A stretch of DNA of 62,688 bases from Paracoccaceae bacterium (GTDB lineage Bacteria; Pseudomonadota; Alphaproteobacteria; Rhodobacterales; Rhodobacteraceae): positions 1 to 62,688 of the forward strand of contig SPJP01000021.1 of NCBI GenBank assembly GCA_006844665.1, read 5' to 3'. This document shows, piece after piece, positions 10,009 through 19,932 of this stretch (position 1 is the stretch's first letter; every line of letters begins with the position of its first letter). Position numbers and translations under genes: made by a program. The notes under the pieces are model-generated. The model had not been told where the DNA came from and did not search any database. It saw only the letters and a program-made list of their open reading frames with translations.

Positions 10009-11346
10009 ATGCGCCTGTCCCGCTATTTCCTGCCTGTTTTAAAACAAAACCCTTCCGAGGCACAGATCGTAAGCCACCGCTTGATGCTGCGCGCCGGGAT
10101 GATCAAACAATCCAGCGCCGGGATCTACTCTTGGTTGCCGCTGGGCTTCAAAGTGCTGAAGAACATCGAAAACATTGTGCATGAAGAACAACAGCGCGCT
10201 GGCCATATTCCAATGCTGATGCCGACGATCCAGTCTGCAGATCTGTGGCGCGAAAGCGGTCGGTATGATGACTATGGCGAAGAGATGCTGCGCATCACTG
10301 ACCGCCACAAGCGCGATATGCTGTACGGCCCCACCAATGAAGAGCTGATCACAGATATCTTTCGGTCCCATGTTGGCAGCTACAAAGATCTGCCTTTGAC
10401 GCTGTATCACATTCAGTGGAAGTTCCGCGACGAAATCCGCCCTCGGTTCGGGGTAATGCGGGGCCGCGAGTTCTATATGAAAGACGGCTACAACTTTGAT
10501 CTAACCAAAGAAGACGCGCTTCACGCCTATAACCGCCACTTGGTCAGCTATCTGCGCAGCTACGAACGCATGGGGCTGCAAGCCATCCCGATGCGTGCGG
10601 ATGGTGGACCGATTGGCGGCGACTATACACATGAATTCCTGGTGCTGGCTGAAACCGGCGAATCCGAGGTTTTCTATGACAGCGCCGTCACTGATCTTAG
10701 CTTTGGCGACCGTGACATCGACTATGATGACCGCGACCAGTGCCAGGCGATCCTGGAAGAGTTCACGACCAAATACGCCCGCACGGACGAAACTCATGAC
10801 GAAGCTGTGTTCAATGACGTCCCTGAGGACCGCCGCCGGGTTGCCCGTGGGATCGAGGTTGGTCAGATCTTCTATTTTGGCACCAAATATTCCGAAGCCA
10901 TGAACGCCGTTGTCGATGACGGGCAGGGCGGCAAAGTGCCTGTGCATATGGGCAGCCACGGTATCGGCGTCAGCCGCCTGCTGGGCGCGATCATCGAAGC
11001 CAGCCATGACGACAAAGGCATCATTTGGCCCGAAGGTGTCACCCCGTTCCATTGCGGCATCGTGAACCTAAAGCAGGGCGATGCAGATACGGATGCGGCT
11101 TGTGAAACGCTCTACAGCGCGCTGACAAATGCGGGGCTAGAGCCCTTGTATGACGATCGCAACGAACGCGCCGGTGGCAAATTCGCGACGATGGACCTGA
11201 TCGGTCTGCCGTGGCGCATCACAGTTGGCCCGCGTGGTCTGAAAAACGGTGTCGTGGAACTGACCTCCCGCAAAACGGGCGAGAGCGTGGAGCTTTCCAC
11301 CGAAGACGCAGTCGCCCGCGTGGTCGAGGTTTACGCAAACCTGTAA
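10009..11346 (+). CDS. proS: Proline--tRNA ligase (short alphaproteobacterial type)
   Basis: [26 protein letters not shown] and GIEVGQIF motifs. Confidence 0.97.
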   Translation: MRLSRYFLPVLKQNPSEAQIVSHRLMLRAGMIKQSSAGIYSWLPLGFKVLKNIENIVHEEQQRAGHIPMLMPTIQSADLWRESGRYDDYGEEMLRITDRHKRDMLYGPTNEELITDIFRSHVGSYKDLPLTLYHIQWKFRDEIRPRFGVMRGREFYMKDGYNFDLTKEDALHAYNRHLVSYLRSYERMGLQAIPMRADGGPIGGDYTHEFLVLAETGESEVFYDSAVTDLSFGDRDIDYDDRDQCQAILEEFTTKYARTDETHDEAVFNDVPEDRRRVARGIEVGQIFYFGTKYSEAMNAVVDDGQGGKVPVHMGSHGIGVSRLLGAIIEASHDDKGIIWPEGVTPFHCGIVNLKQGDADTDAACETLYSALTNAGLEPLYDDRNERAGGKFATMDLIGLPWRITVGPRGLKNGVVELTSRKTGESVELSTEDAVARVVEVYANL

Positions 11347-11364
11347 GTTTTGCTATCTAGCGGA

Positions 11365-11390
11365 TATGGGGCCGTGACCGCGGCCCCATA
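11365..11390 (+). terminator. Stem-loop after proS
   Basis: TATGGGGCCG-TGACCG-CGGCCCCATA, a 10-bp perfect stem; weak U-tract. Confidence 0.5.
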
Positions 11391-11406
11391 ATTCCGGAGC
11401 CTTGCA

Positions 11407-12036
11407 ATGACAAAGACCATCCTCGCCTTTGGTGACAGCCTGACATTCGGTGCGCGCGCCGATGGGCCGGAACGTCATGAAAAGACAAACAGGTGGCCCG
11501 TTGTTTTGCAAAAGACGCTTGGGGCAGATTACGATGTCATCGCCGAAGGGCTAAATGGCCGGACAACGGTTTTTAGTGACCCAAAGGCCGCCTATGCACG
11601 GGCCGCTTGCGATGTATTGCCGACGCTTTTGCATTCTCACCAACCGTTGGATTTGGTGGTGATCATGCTTGGCACCAATGACGTGATGGTCGCTGAAAAA
11701 TCCAGCCGGGCGGCCACGCACGGTATGGCCCGCTTGATCGAGACTATTCGCCATCACCCTTATTGGGGCGGCGCGAGCGTCCCGCGCATCCTAGTTGTGG
11801 CCCCTCCGGCATGTATTGCGGACGCGGCGGGCCAAAACACCGAACGCGACATGGTTGAAACGTCAAAGCTGGCTGCTGGTTACGCGGCTTTGGCGCAGGA
11901 TTACGGATGCTCGTTCTTCGACGCCGGTTCAGTCGCCAAAGCCGCCTTGCCGGACGGCGTACATCTGGATGCAATGGGAAGCCGTTCCATTGGCACCGCC
12001 CTAGCCCCGGTCGTCCAAGCTATAGTCGAGCGGTAA
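11407..12036 (+). CDS. SGNH/GDSL hydrolase (arylesterase-like)
   Basis: FGDSLT, EGLNGRT, LGTND and DGVH blocks. Confidence 0.92.
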   Translation: MTKTILAFGDSLTFGARADGPERHEKTNRWPVVLQKTLGADYDVIAEGLNGRTTVFSDPKAAYARAACDVLPTLLHSHQPLDLVVIMLGTNDVMVAEKSSRAATHGMARLIETIRHHPYWGGASVPRILVVAPPACIADAAGQNTERDMVETSKLAAGYAALAQDYGCSFFDAGSVAKAALPDGVHLDAMGSRSIGTALAPVVQAIVER

Positions 12037-12640
12037 AGATCTGAAAGGCGGCTGTTCCCAAGGCCACGGCGAATAAGGCCTCTAACCCTCGTCTTAGCTG
12101 CAAATATCCTTCGCGCATCTTCGGGTTCGAAAACAACACCGCGTAGCCCAGAAAGATCATAGCTGAAACAGCAGCGACAGACGCAATGACGGTCGTAAGT
12201 CCTAGGGCCGAGGTTCCAACCGGCACCCCTACCGAATACAAAGCCCCGAAAAACAAAATCGCTTTGGGATTGGTCAGATGCAGCGCCAAGCCCTTGCCAA
12301 ACGCACCTTTCGCTTGAACTGGCGCAAGTGGGGGCGCCTTCGCGCTGGGCGTCAGGGCAGAGCGCGCGGATTTCAGTGCCAACCACGCCAAATAGCCCGC
12401 GCCGATATAGCGGAACACCTCGAACACCCAGGCATTTGCGGCCATCAAAGCGCTTAGCCCCAAGGCGGCTGCAATCGACCACATCAGCGATCCGCACAGA
12501 ACGCCGCTGGCAAGGGTCAGCCCTGCGCGCCGTCCAGCTTGCATGGACATGGACGCAATCGTCAGGGTCGCAGGCCCGGGCGACGCCCCTGCGATAAAGG
12601 CAGCGATCAGGATCAGTTTTAGGGACATCAAATCTATCAT
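12020..12640 (-). CDS. LysE family translocator
   Basis: SPGPA, GAGYL and LTNPKA motifs; start is 12640 or 12628. Confidence 0.88.
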   Translation of the reverse strand: MIDLMSLKLILIAAFIAGASPGPATLTIASMSMQAGRRAGLTLASGVLCGSLMWSIAAALGLSALMAANAWVFEVFRYIGAGYLAWLALKSARSALTPSAKAPPLAPVQAKGAFGKGLALHLTNPKAILFFGALYSVGVPVGTSALGLTTVIASVAAVSAMIFLGYAVLFSNPKMREGYLQLRRGLEALFAVALGTAAFQIFTARL

Positions 12641-12779
12641 GATGCTCAAGCTAGGCTTGCTTCGTGGCAGGGTCCAGACCTTTCCTATCCCGCCAATGAC
12701 ATGCAGTTGACCCGTCCCTGTCTTGACCTTCGCGGCCCCAGACCGCAGGGTCCGCCCAAGCAGCCAGACCGGAGCCTTC

Positions 12780-14066
12780 ATGCCCAAATCCACCGCCCCT
12801 TTCGCGCCTTTTGAATGGATGATCGCCTGGCGCTATTTGCTCGCGCGCCGTGCCGAAGGCGGGGTCAGCGTCATGACGTGGATCAGCCTGATCGGCATCA
12901 CACTGGCGGTCTTTGCGCTAATAGCGACCCTGGCCGTGCGCTCGGGCTTTCGCCACGAATTTGTCGGCACCATTCTGGGGGCCAACGCCCATGTGACAGT
13001 CTATACCTCATTGCGGGTCAATGATGCCGGGCAGACCTCTCGCGTGATCGAAGATTTCGACGCGCGCTCCGCTGATCTCGAAGGTTTGCCCTTTGTCACT
13101 CGCGCCGCGCCTTTGGTACGGGGCCAGGTTATGTCATCCCTGCGGTCGCGCAATGCAGGAGTCGAGGTTTACGGCATCCGCGCCGAAGATCTGCTGGCCT
13201 TGCCCAGCATCGCCGAACCCGAATCCCAGCTGGGAACCCTTGACCGGTTCGCAGATGGGATCTCGATCGGGTCGGGCGTGGCCCAGCAGCTGAATGCAAC
13301 CATCGGTGACAGGGTCAAGCTGATCTCACCCGACGGGGTGCGCACCGCATTTGGCACCAGCCCAAGGGTAAAAAGCTACGAGGTCGTGCATATATTCTCG
13401 GTCGGGCGCTATGATATCGACCGAACCCGCGTCTACATGCCGTTCACCGAAGCCCAAGCCTATTTCAACCGCACAGACGGCGCGGATGAGATCGAGGTGA
13501 TGGTCACAGACCCAGACAAAGTGGACGACTACGCGCTGGACGTAATGCGCGCGGCAGGCCAGGATTCCCTGATCTGGACATGGCGCGATGCATCTGGCGC
13601 TTTCCTACGGGCGCTGGATATCGAAGACAACGTGATGTTCATCATCTTGTCGATCCTTGTTCTGATTGCGGCCATGAACATCGTGTCCGGCCTTATCATG
13701 TTGGTCAAAAACAAGGGCCGCGATGTGGGAATCTTGCGCACGATTGGGCTGTCCGAAGGCTCTATCCTGCGGATCTTTTTCATCTGCGGAGCGTTCACCG
13801 GGATCATAGGCACTGTGATGGGCGTGATCGCAGGCTGTCTGTTCGCCATCTATATCGACCCGATTTTTTCGGCCGTGAACTGGATTGCAGGCGGCGGCGT
13901 CTGGGATCCGTCGATCCGCGGGATTTACGAGCTGCCAGCCCGGTTGGAACTGGGCGATGTTCTGTCGGCCGTGTTCCTGTCTTTGGGGCTTTCCTTTGTC
14001 GTCACAATCTTTCCGGCCCGCCGCGCGGCCCGGATGAACCCGGTAGAGGCCCTGCGTTATGAGTGA
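12780..14066 (+). CDS. lolC: Lipoprotein-releasing ABC transporter permease (LolC/E)
   Basis: [18 protein letters not shown] and [17 protein letters not shown]; GGAG SD before ATG 12780. Confidence 0.92.
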   Translation: MPKSTAPFAPFEWMIAWRYLLARRAEGGVSVMTWISLIGITLAVFALIATLAVRSGFRHEFVGTILGANAHVTVYTSLRVNDAGQTSRVIEDFDARSADLEGLPFVTRAAPLVRGQVMSSLRSRNAGVEVYGIRAEDLLALPSIAEPESQLGTLDRFADGISIGSGVAQQLNATIGDRVKLISPDGVRTAFGTSPRVKSYEVVHIFSVGRYDIDRTRVYMPFTEAQAYFNRTDGADEIEVMVTDPDKVDDYALDVMRAAGQDSLIWTWRDASGAFLRALDIEDNVMFIILSILVLIAAMNIVSGLIMLVKNKGRDVGILRTIGLSEGSILRIFFICGAFTGIIGTVMGVIAGCLFAIYIDPIFSAVNWIAGGGVWDPSIRGIYELPARLELGDVLSAVFLSLGLSFVVTIFPARRAARMNPVEALRYE

Positions 14067-14727
14067 TTCTGTTCTGGAACTAAAAGGCCTGGAAAAATCC
14101 TATCGCGGCGGCGAAATCGCAGTTCTGCGCGGCGCTGATCTGGTTCTGCAAAAGGGCGAGGTTGCGGCCCTCGTCGCGCCTTCGGGCGCTGGGAAATCCA
14201 CCCTGCTGCACATGGCGGGGATGCTGGACACACCTGATGCAGGAACAGTCCGGTTGGGCGGGCGCGATATGGGCGGCTTAAGCGATAAAGCGCGAACCGA
14301 AGCGCGCCGCCGAGATGTAGGCTTTGTCTACCAGTTCCACCACTTGCTGCCGGAATTCACCGCAGCAGAAAACCTGATCTTGCCTCAACTGGCCAATGGA
14401 ACCAGCCGCCGCGCAGCCGAGGCCCGGGCGCAGCAATTGCTGGAAACCGTCGGCATTGGCCCCCGCGCGAACCACCGCCCAGCCGTCTTGTCGGGGGGCG
14501 AACAGCAACGCGTTGCTCTGTGCCGGGCCCTGGCCAACGCGCCGAAATTGCTGCTGGCGGACGAGCCGACGGGCAACCTTGATCCCGAAACCTCGGACAT
14601 CGTGTTTGACGCGCTGATGCAGCTGGTCCGTGAAACCGGCCTGTCGGCCCTGATCGCCACCCATAACCACGCGCTTGCCGACCGGATGGACCGTGTTCTG
14701 CATCTTGAAAACGGCGTTTTGGTGTAA
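14059..14727 (+). CDS. lolD: Lipoprotein-releasing ABC transporter ATP-binding protein
   Basis: [24 protein letters not shown] and DEPTGNLD. Confidence 0.92.
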   Translation: MSDSVLELKGLEKSYRGGEIAVLRGADLVLQKGEVAALVAPSGAGKSTLLHMAGMLDTPDAGTVRLGGRDMGGLSDKARTEARRRDVGFVYQFHHLLPEFTAAENLILPQLANGTSRRAAEARAQQLLETVGIGPRANHRPAVLSGGEQQRVALCRALANAPKLLLADEPTGNLDPETSDIVFDALMQLVRETGLSALIATHNHALADRMDRVLHLENGVLV

Positions 14728-14760
14728 CCCCAGCGCTGGCTGCAACAAAGGAAATCCCCA

Positions 14761-15738
14761 ATGGCAATGATCGACGTCACCGAAATCGAAGCCGTGTCCG
14801 CCAAAGCGCTGGAAGCCCATGGTGCCACCCCTTGGGTGGCGTCCGAGGTCGCAAAAGCCACCGCCCGGGCCGAACAGATCGGCAATGTGATCTGCGGGTT
14901 GTACTATCTGGAAAGCTACTGTTTGGCACTGAAATCCGGTCGGGTGTCGGGCATGGCCGATCCTGTGATCGCGCGGCCCAAACCGGGGGTCGTTCAAGTC
15001 GATGCCTGCGAAGGCTTCGCTCAACCAGCCTTTACCCGCGGGCTGGAAACAGCCCTCGCGGCAGCGGCCGACCAAGGCGTGGCCAGCTACGGCATTCGCA
15101 ACAGCCATACTTGCACCTCCTTGGGCTATTTCACCGAAACCCTGGCCAAGGCGGGCTATGTAGCGATTGGGTTCACCAGCGCGTCGCCTGTTGTGGCCCC
15201 ACCCGGCGGGGCAGGCCGTGTGATCGGCACCAACCCGATTGCGTTCTCGGTCCCCGACGGGGTCGGCGGGCTGGCAATGCATTTCGATGCGGCGACATCC
15301 AACGTGGCCCTTGGGGCGATCACCCGGGCCAAGGCCGCTGGCCTGCCGATCCCCGAAGGCTGGGCTGTCGACGCCAATGGCACGCCAACGACAGATGCCG
15401 AGGCCGCATTGGGCGGGGCGCTGACCTCGCTTGGTGGCGCAAAGGGCTTTGGGTTCGGTTTGATGGCCGAGGTCATGGCCGCCGGTCTAGCAGGCGGGGT
15501 GAATTCGCTGGACGTGGCGGGGCTGAAACTGCCGGATGGCCCGCCCCATGGGTTGGGGCAATATTACCTGATCATGGATCCTTGGGTCTCGGACGTGTTT
15601 GGCACGCGGGTGTCCCGTGTGGCCGATGCCGTGGTGGGCCAAGAAGGCTGCCGCATGCCAGGCACCGCGCGCGGGGCTGCTAAATCGGTCGAGGTTCCAG
15701 ATGCTGTCTGGGCCCAAGCGCTTGGGCTGGCTGGATAA
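14761..15738 (+). CDS. Ldh_2 family (malate/L-lactate/sulfolactate dehydrogenase-like) oxidoreductase
   Basis: IRNSH, GTNPIAF, FDAATS, IPEGWAVD and GGAKG motifs. Confidence 0.85.
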   Translation: MAMIDVTEIEAVSAKALEAHGATPWVASEVAKATARAEQIGNVICGLYYLESYCLALKSGRVSGMADPVIARPKPGVVQVDACEGFAQPAFTRGLETALAAAADQGVASYGIRNSHTCTSLGYFTETLAKAGYVAIGFTSASPVVAPPGGAGRVIGTNPIAFSVPDGVGGLAMHFDAATSNVALGAITRAKAAGLPIPEGWAVDANGTPTTDAEAALGGALTSLGGAKGFGFGLMAEVMAAGLAGGVNSLDVAGLKLPDGPPHGLGQYYLIMDPWVSDVFGTRVSRVADAVVGQEGCRMPGTARGAAKSVEVPDAVWAQALGLAG

Positions 15739-15744
15739 CAAGCC

Positions 15745-16149
15745 TTAAGGGCGCATTAGGGTGGCCGTCGCATGGGCCACCGGCTTGCCCGAGGGCTGTG
15801 CGACCAAGCTGCACCGCATGAACACCATGGATTTCCCGGCACGGATCGTTTCCGCCTGCGCTATTATGGTATCCCCCGTGGCGGGGCGCAGGAATTGCGT
15901 GTCTAGGGTTGCTGTGGCCAAGGGGACAAAAGCACCGATACTGCTGCATGCCCCGATCACCATGGCGGTGTCCGCCAAAGCGGCCAAGGTTTGCCCCGAT
16001 ACGATCCCGCCAACACGGGCGATATCCGGGGTAATCGGGATCGACAGATCGGCCCCTTCGCCGGACACCCCCGTCACCGTCGGACGCAGAGCCAAGACCC
16101 AAGGGGCAAAGTTTTCATCCAGAAACGCTTGTGCCTCGGCCGGGGTCAT
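15745..16149 (-). CDS. PaaI family thioesterase
   Basis: GIVSGQTLAALADTAM and TQFLRP hotdog-fold motifs. Confidence 0.85.
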   Translation of the reverse strand: MTPAEAQAFLDENFAPWVLALRPTVTGVSGEGADLSIPITPDIARVGGIVSGQTLAALADTAMVIGACSSIGAFVPLATATLDTQFLRPATGDTIIAQAETIRAGKSMVFMRCSLVAQPSGKPVAHATATLMRP

Positions 16150-18107
16150 CAGACGTCAAGCTCTTCGACAAAGCGGGCATTGGCTTGGATGTATTCGAAC
16201 CGCTTTTCGGGCTTCTTGCCCATCAGCCGTTCCACCAGATCACCGGTTTCGCCCGGCTCGTCTTCATCAATGCTGACCCTGATTAGCTTGCGAGTCAGCG
16301 GGTTCATTGTTGTGTCCTTCAGGTCTTTTGCGTCCATCTCGCCCAAGCCCTTAAACCGGCTGACGTCGATTTTACCCTTGCCGCCCAAGCCCTTGGCCAG
16401 CCATTCGTCGCGTTCCAACTCGTCCAGGCAATAGACGCGTTTGGCCCCTTGGGTCAGTCGGTACAACGGTGGGCAGGCCAAATACAGATGGCCTTGGTCG
16501 ATCATCGGGCGCATCTGGGTAAAGAAGAACGTCATCAACAGGGCGGCGATATGGGCCCCGTCCACATCCGCATCGGTCATGATGATGATCTTGTCGTAGC
16601 GCAGATCTTCGACGTTGAACCGGCTGCCCAGGCCAACACCCAGCGCCTGGGTCAGGTCACTGATTTCCTGGTTCGATCCCAGTTTCGAGGACGCAGCCCC
16701 CAAAACGTTCAGGATCTTACCGCGCAGCGGCAGCAACGCCTGTTTCTTACGGTCCCGCGCCATCTTGGCCGACCCGCCCGCGCTGTCGCCCTCCACGATG
16801 AACAGCTCTGTGCCCTCGCGGTTGGTGGCCGAACAATCGACCAGCTTGCCGGGCAGTCGCAGGCGCTTGGTGGCTGTCTTGCGCTGGGTTTCCTTTTCGG
16901 CCCGGCGGCGCAGGCGCTCTTCGGCCTTCAGGACCATATAGTCCAGAATGGCCCCGGCCGATTTGGTATCGGCGGCCAGCCAGTTGTCAAAATGGTCCCG
17001 CACAGCCCCTTCGACCATTCGGGCGGCCTCCGTCGTTGCCAACCGGTCCTTGGTTTGGCCGACAAATTCAGGCTCGCGGATAAAGCAGCTGACCAGTGCC
17101 GTCCCGCCCGAGGTCACGTCTTCGCGCGTGATCGTGGCCGCCTTCCGGTTGCCCACAAGTTCGCCATAAGCCTTTAGGGATTTCAGAACAGCGGCCCAAA
17201 AACCGCTTTCATGGGTACCGCCTTCGGGGGTCGGGATCGTGTTGCAATAGGACATGATCGACCCGTCCCGTGACGGGGTCCAGTTGATCGCCCATTCCAC
17301 GGATCCCGGCGCGTCGAATTTTTCTGAAAAGCTGACTTTGCCTGCGAAGGGAGCGTCGGAATAGGTGGCTGACCCTGCCAAGGTTTCCGACAAATAATCA
17401 GCCAAACCACCGGGAAAGTGGAACACAGCCTCGGTGGGGGTAGTGCCATCGTCGATCTCGGACTTCCACCGAATCTCGACCCCAGAAAAAAGGTAGGCCT
17501 TGGATCGCACCATCTTTAGCAGGCGCGCTGGTTTCAGGCTCAGGGGGCCAAAGATCTGGGCGTCCGGGTGGAACGTCACCGTCGTGCCACGCCGGTTTGG
17601 GGCTTGGCCGACGACTTCTAGTGGACCCTGGGGAAGGCCGCGGGAAAATTCTTGGGCGTACAGGGTGCGATTCCGGGCGACTTCGACCCGCAATACATCC
17701 GACAACGCGTTCACGACCGAAATCCCAACCCCGTGCAAACCGCCGGAGGTCTGGTACGCATCGCCTTCAAACTTGCCGCCTGCATGCAGGGTGCACAAGA
17801 TGACCTCTAGCGCGCTTTTGCCCGGAAACTTGGGGTGCGGATCGATTGGGATGCCTCGACCATTGTCGCGGATGGTGCAGGACCCGTTGGCTAGAATTTC
17901 AACCTCGATCCGCGTGGCATGCCCGGCCACCGCTTCGTCCATCGAGTTGTCCAGAACTTCGGCCACCAAATGGTGCAGCGCGCGCTCGTCCGTACCGCCG
18001 ATATACATACCCGGGCGTTTGCGGACGGGCTCAAGCCCTTCGAGCACTTCGATAGAAGAGGCGTCGTAGGTGTCAGGGGTGTCCCCGGACAAAAGATCGT
18101 CGGACAT
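16149..18107 (-). CDS. parE: DNA topoisomerase IV subunit B
   Basis: VRKRPGMYIG, GGLHGVG, EGDSAGG, PLRGKILN and TDADVDG; no GyrB insertion. Confidence 0.95.
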   Translation of the reverse strand: MSDDLLSGDTPDTYDASSIEVLEGLEPVRKRPGMYIGGTDERALHHLVAEVLDNSMDEAVAGHATRIEVEILANGSCTIRDNGRGIPIDPHPKFPGKSALEVILCTLHAGGKFEGDAYQTSGGLHGVGISVVNALSDVLRVEVARNRTLYAQEFSRGLPQGPLEVVGQAPNRRGTTVTFHPDAQIFGPLSLKPARLLKMVRSKAYLFSGVEIRWKSEIDDGTTPTEAVFHFPGGLADYLSETLAGSATYSDAPFAGKVSFSEKFDAPGSVEWAINWTPSRDGSIMSYCNTIPTPEGGTHESGFWAAVLKSLKAYGELVGNRKAATITREDVTSGGTALVSCFIREPEFVGQTKDRLATTEAARMVEGAVRDHFDNWLAADTKSAGAILDYMVLKAEERLRRRAEKETQRKTATKRLRLPGKLVDCSATNREGTELFIVEGDSAGGSAKMARDRKKQALLPLRGKILNVLGAASSKLGSNQEISDLTQALGVGLGSRFNVEDLRYDKIIIMTDADVDGAHIAALLMTFFFTQMRPMIDQGHLYLACPPLYRLTQGAKRVYCLDELERDEWLAKGLGGKGKIDVSRFKGLGEMDAKDLKDTTMNPLTRKLIRVSIDEDEPGETGDLVERLMGKKPEKRFEYIQANARFVEELDV

Positions 18108-18180
18108 GGCTGCTGCTCAGTTTGTTAGGTTTTGCGTATTAGAGCAGGAATGAACCGGGCCGGGAAGGGGGTGCGGGATG

Positions 18181-18368
18181 TTGTCCACAACCGATCCGGT
18201 GAACGCGCTACCTTGGGGGCAATGTGGCGGGGATTCGGGCAGGTCAAGTCTGTGAATTTGGTCACAGTTTTATCCCAATAGGCCAAGAAATGCCGATCAC
18301 ACGCCGAATCTATCCACAAGTTCTTGCGGTACCAAGACCCTATGGCTACCTCTACAGCATGTGGATAA
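18181..18368. promoter_or_regulatory. Cluster of DnaA boxes in the parE / DUF1007 divergent region
   Basis: TTGTCCACA (18181), CTATCCACA (18310) and a perfect TGTGGATAA (18360); weaker TGTGAATTT (18251). Confidence 0.55.
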
Positions 18369-19015
18369 GAAGCGTATGTGTAGCAAGTTTAGTGTGTGGG
18401 GCTTCGATTCAGCCCTTGAATGCCCATCCTCATATTTATGTCGATGCCGGTGTTCAGTTCATCTTTGATTCCTCTGGTGATCTGGCGGCCCTCCGGGTCA
18501 CTTGGATCTATGACGACCTGTACTCTTTACTGATCACCGAGGATTTTGGCCTTGATGCCGACTTGGACGGGATCTTGATGCCGGAAGAGCGGGAAAAGCT
18601 GTCTGGCTTTGACATGAACTGGGTTGAAGGCTTTGCAGGCGATACAGTGGGCTTTGGCCCGGAAGGCGAGCTTGGCCTGTCGCGCCCCGTGGAATGGAGC
18701 GCTGATCTAAGAGACGGGCGCATCGTGACCACCCATGTTCGGGCCTTGGATACACCGATTGACCCGACCACTGGCGAAGTGGTCTTGCGCCTGTTCGATC
18801 CCAGCTTTTACACAGCTTATTCTGCCAGTCTTACGCCCCAAATCCGCGGGCGCACAGATTGTTTGACCGAAGTTGTTAAACCCGATCTTGACGAGGCCTA
18901 TGCCTATCTGGACAATGCTCTTAATGCCCAACCTTTGGACAGCGATGCCGAGCTTGATTTCCCAGAAGTAGGCGAGGCTTTTGCCGAGGAAGTACACCTG
19001 AAATGCGGCGCCTGA
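18359..19015 (+). CDS. DUF1007 family periplasmic protein (ZevA-like, putative metal binding)
   Basis: Signal peptide ending AHPH; WIYDDLYS and FDPSFY motifs. Confidence 0.8.
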   Translation: MWIRSVCVASLVCGASIQPLNAHPHIYVDAGVQFIFDSSGDLAALRVTWIYDDLYSLLITEDFGLDADLDGILMPEEREKLSGFDMNWVEGFAGDTVGFGPEGELGLSRPVEWSADLRDGRIVTTHVRALDTPIDPTTGEVVLRLFDPSFYTAYSASLTPQIRGRTDCLTEVVKPDLDEAYAYLDNALNAQPLDSDAELDFPEVGEAFAEEVHLKCGA

Positions 19016-19890
19016 TTGGTGGATTGGTTCTAACAGCTTTAGCACTTTTGGCGCTGGCTTGGTGGTTTGGCGCGTTTCAAGCGTTGACCCATTGGGCGGC
19101 GGGTCAACAGCGACTTGCGCAGTCTGCACTTGCCCGCAGCTTGCGCGCTTTGCGTGTAGGCGAACCGGGTGCGATCATCGGGTTTGCAGCTGTTTGTTTT
19201 TCGTACGGATTTCTACACGCGATCGGGCCGGGACATGGCAAGCTGGCGGTCGGTGGTTACGGGCTGGCGCGCAAAGTCACTGCTTTGCGGCTAGGCGCCA
19301 TCGCTATTTCTGGTTCCCTTGTCCAAGCCTTAACGGCTATTCTGCTGGTCTATAGCGGCATCACCATTTTACAGATCAGCCGCACCCAGATCACCGATAT
19401 TGGCGAAGACTGGTTCGCGCCGGCCAGTGCGGCGGCCATCGTGGCGATTGGAGTTTGGTTGGTCATTCGCGGTGTAAACCGCATTCGCAAAATGACCACC
19501 CATAACATCGATGGCCATGGCCATTGCCACACCTGCGGCCACGCCCACGGGCCCGATCCCGAAGCCGTAGCCAACTCGGCGGGCTGGCGCGAAAGCCTGG
19601 CCCTGGTCATCGGCGTCGGCATTCGCCCCTGCACCGGCGCGTTGTTTGTCCTGATCTTGGGCTGGCGCATGGAAATTGAACAAGCCGCCATCATGGGTGC
19701 CATCGCAATGGCCATCGGGACCGCCTGCGTTACCCTGGTGATCGCTTTGGGTGCTGTGGGCCTGCGCAGCGGTGCTTTGGCCAGTCTTGGCGAAAGCGGG
19801 CGCGCCAACCGGATCGCTGCAATGGTCGAGGTTCTGGCCGGTTTGGTTGTTGTAGTGCTTGCCGTAGGGTTATTTATGCAAGCGGTCTGA
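19003..19890 (+). CDS. Nickel/cobalt transporter (RcnA/ZevB-like)
   Basis: YGFLHAIGPGHGK, a His/Cys loop HGHCHTCGHAH, and RPCTGA. Confidence 0.88.
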   Translation: MRRLIGGLVLTALALLALAWWFGAFQALTHWAAGQQRLAQSALARSLRALRVGEPGAIIGFAAVCFSYGFLHAIGPGHGKLAVGGYGLARKVTALRLGAIAISGSLVQALTAILLVYSGITILQISRTQITDIGEDWFAPASAAAIVAIGVWLVIRGVNRIRKMTTHNIDGHGHCHTCGHAHGPDPEAVANSAGWRESLALVIGVGIRPCTGALFVLILGWRMEIEQAAIMGAIAMAIGTACVTLVIALGAVGLRSGALASLGESGRANRIAAMVEVLAGLVVVVLAVGLFMQAV

Positions 19891-19932
19891 GTTCCCCTGG
19901 ACGCATTTCGCGACAAGCAGTAAGCGAGATCT

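Noticed and set aside
14278-15683. Long alternative ORFs (14278..15282 -, 14832..15683 +)
   Set aside because: They overlap lolD and the Ldh_2 gene and have no recognisable motifs; shadow ORFs of GC-rich coding sequence.
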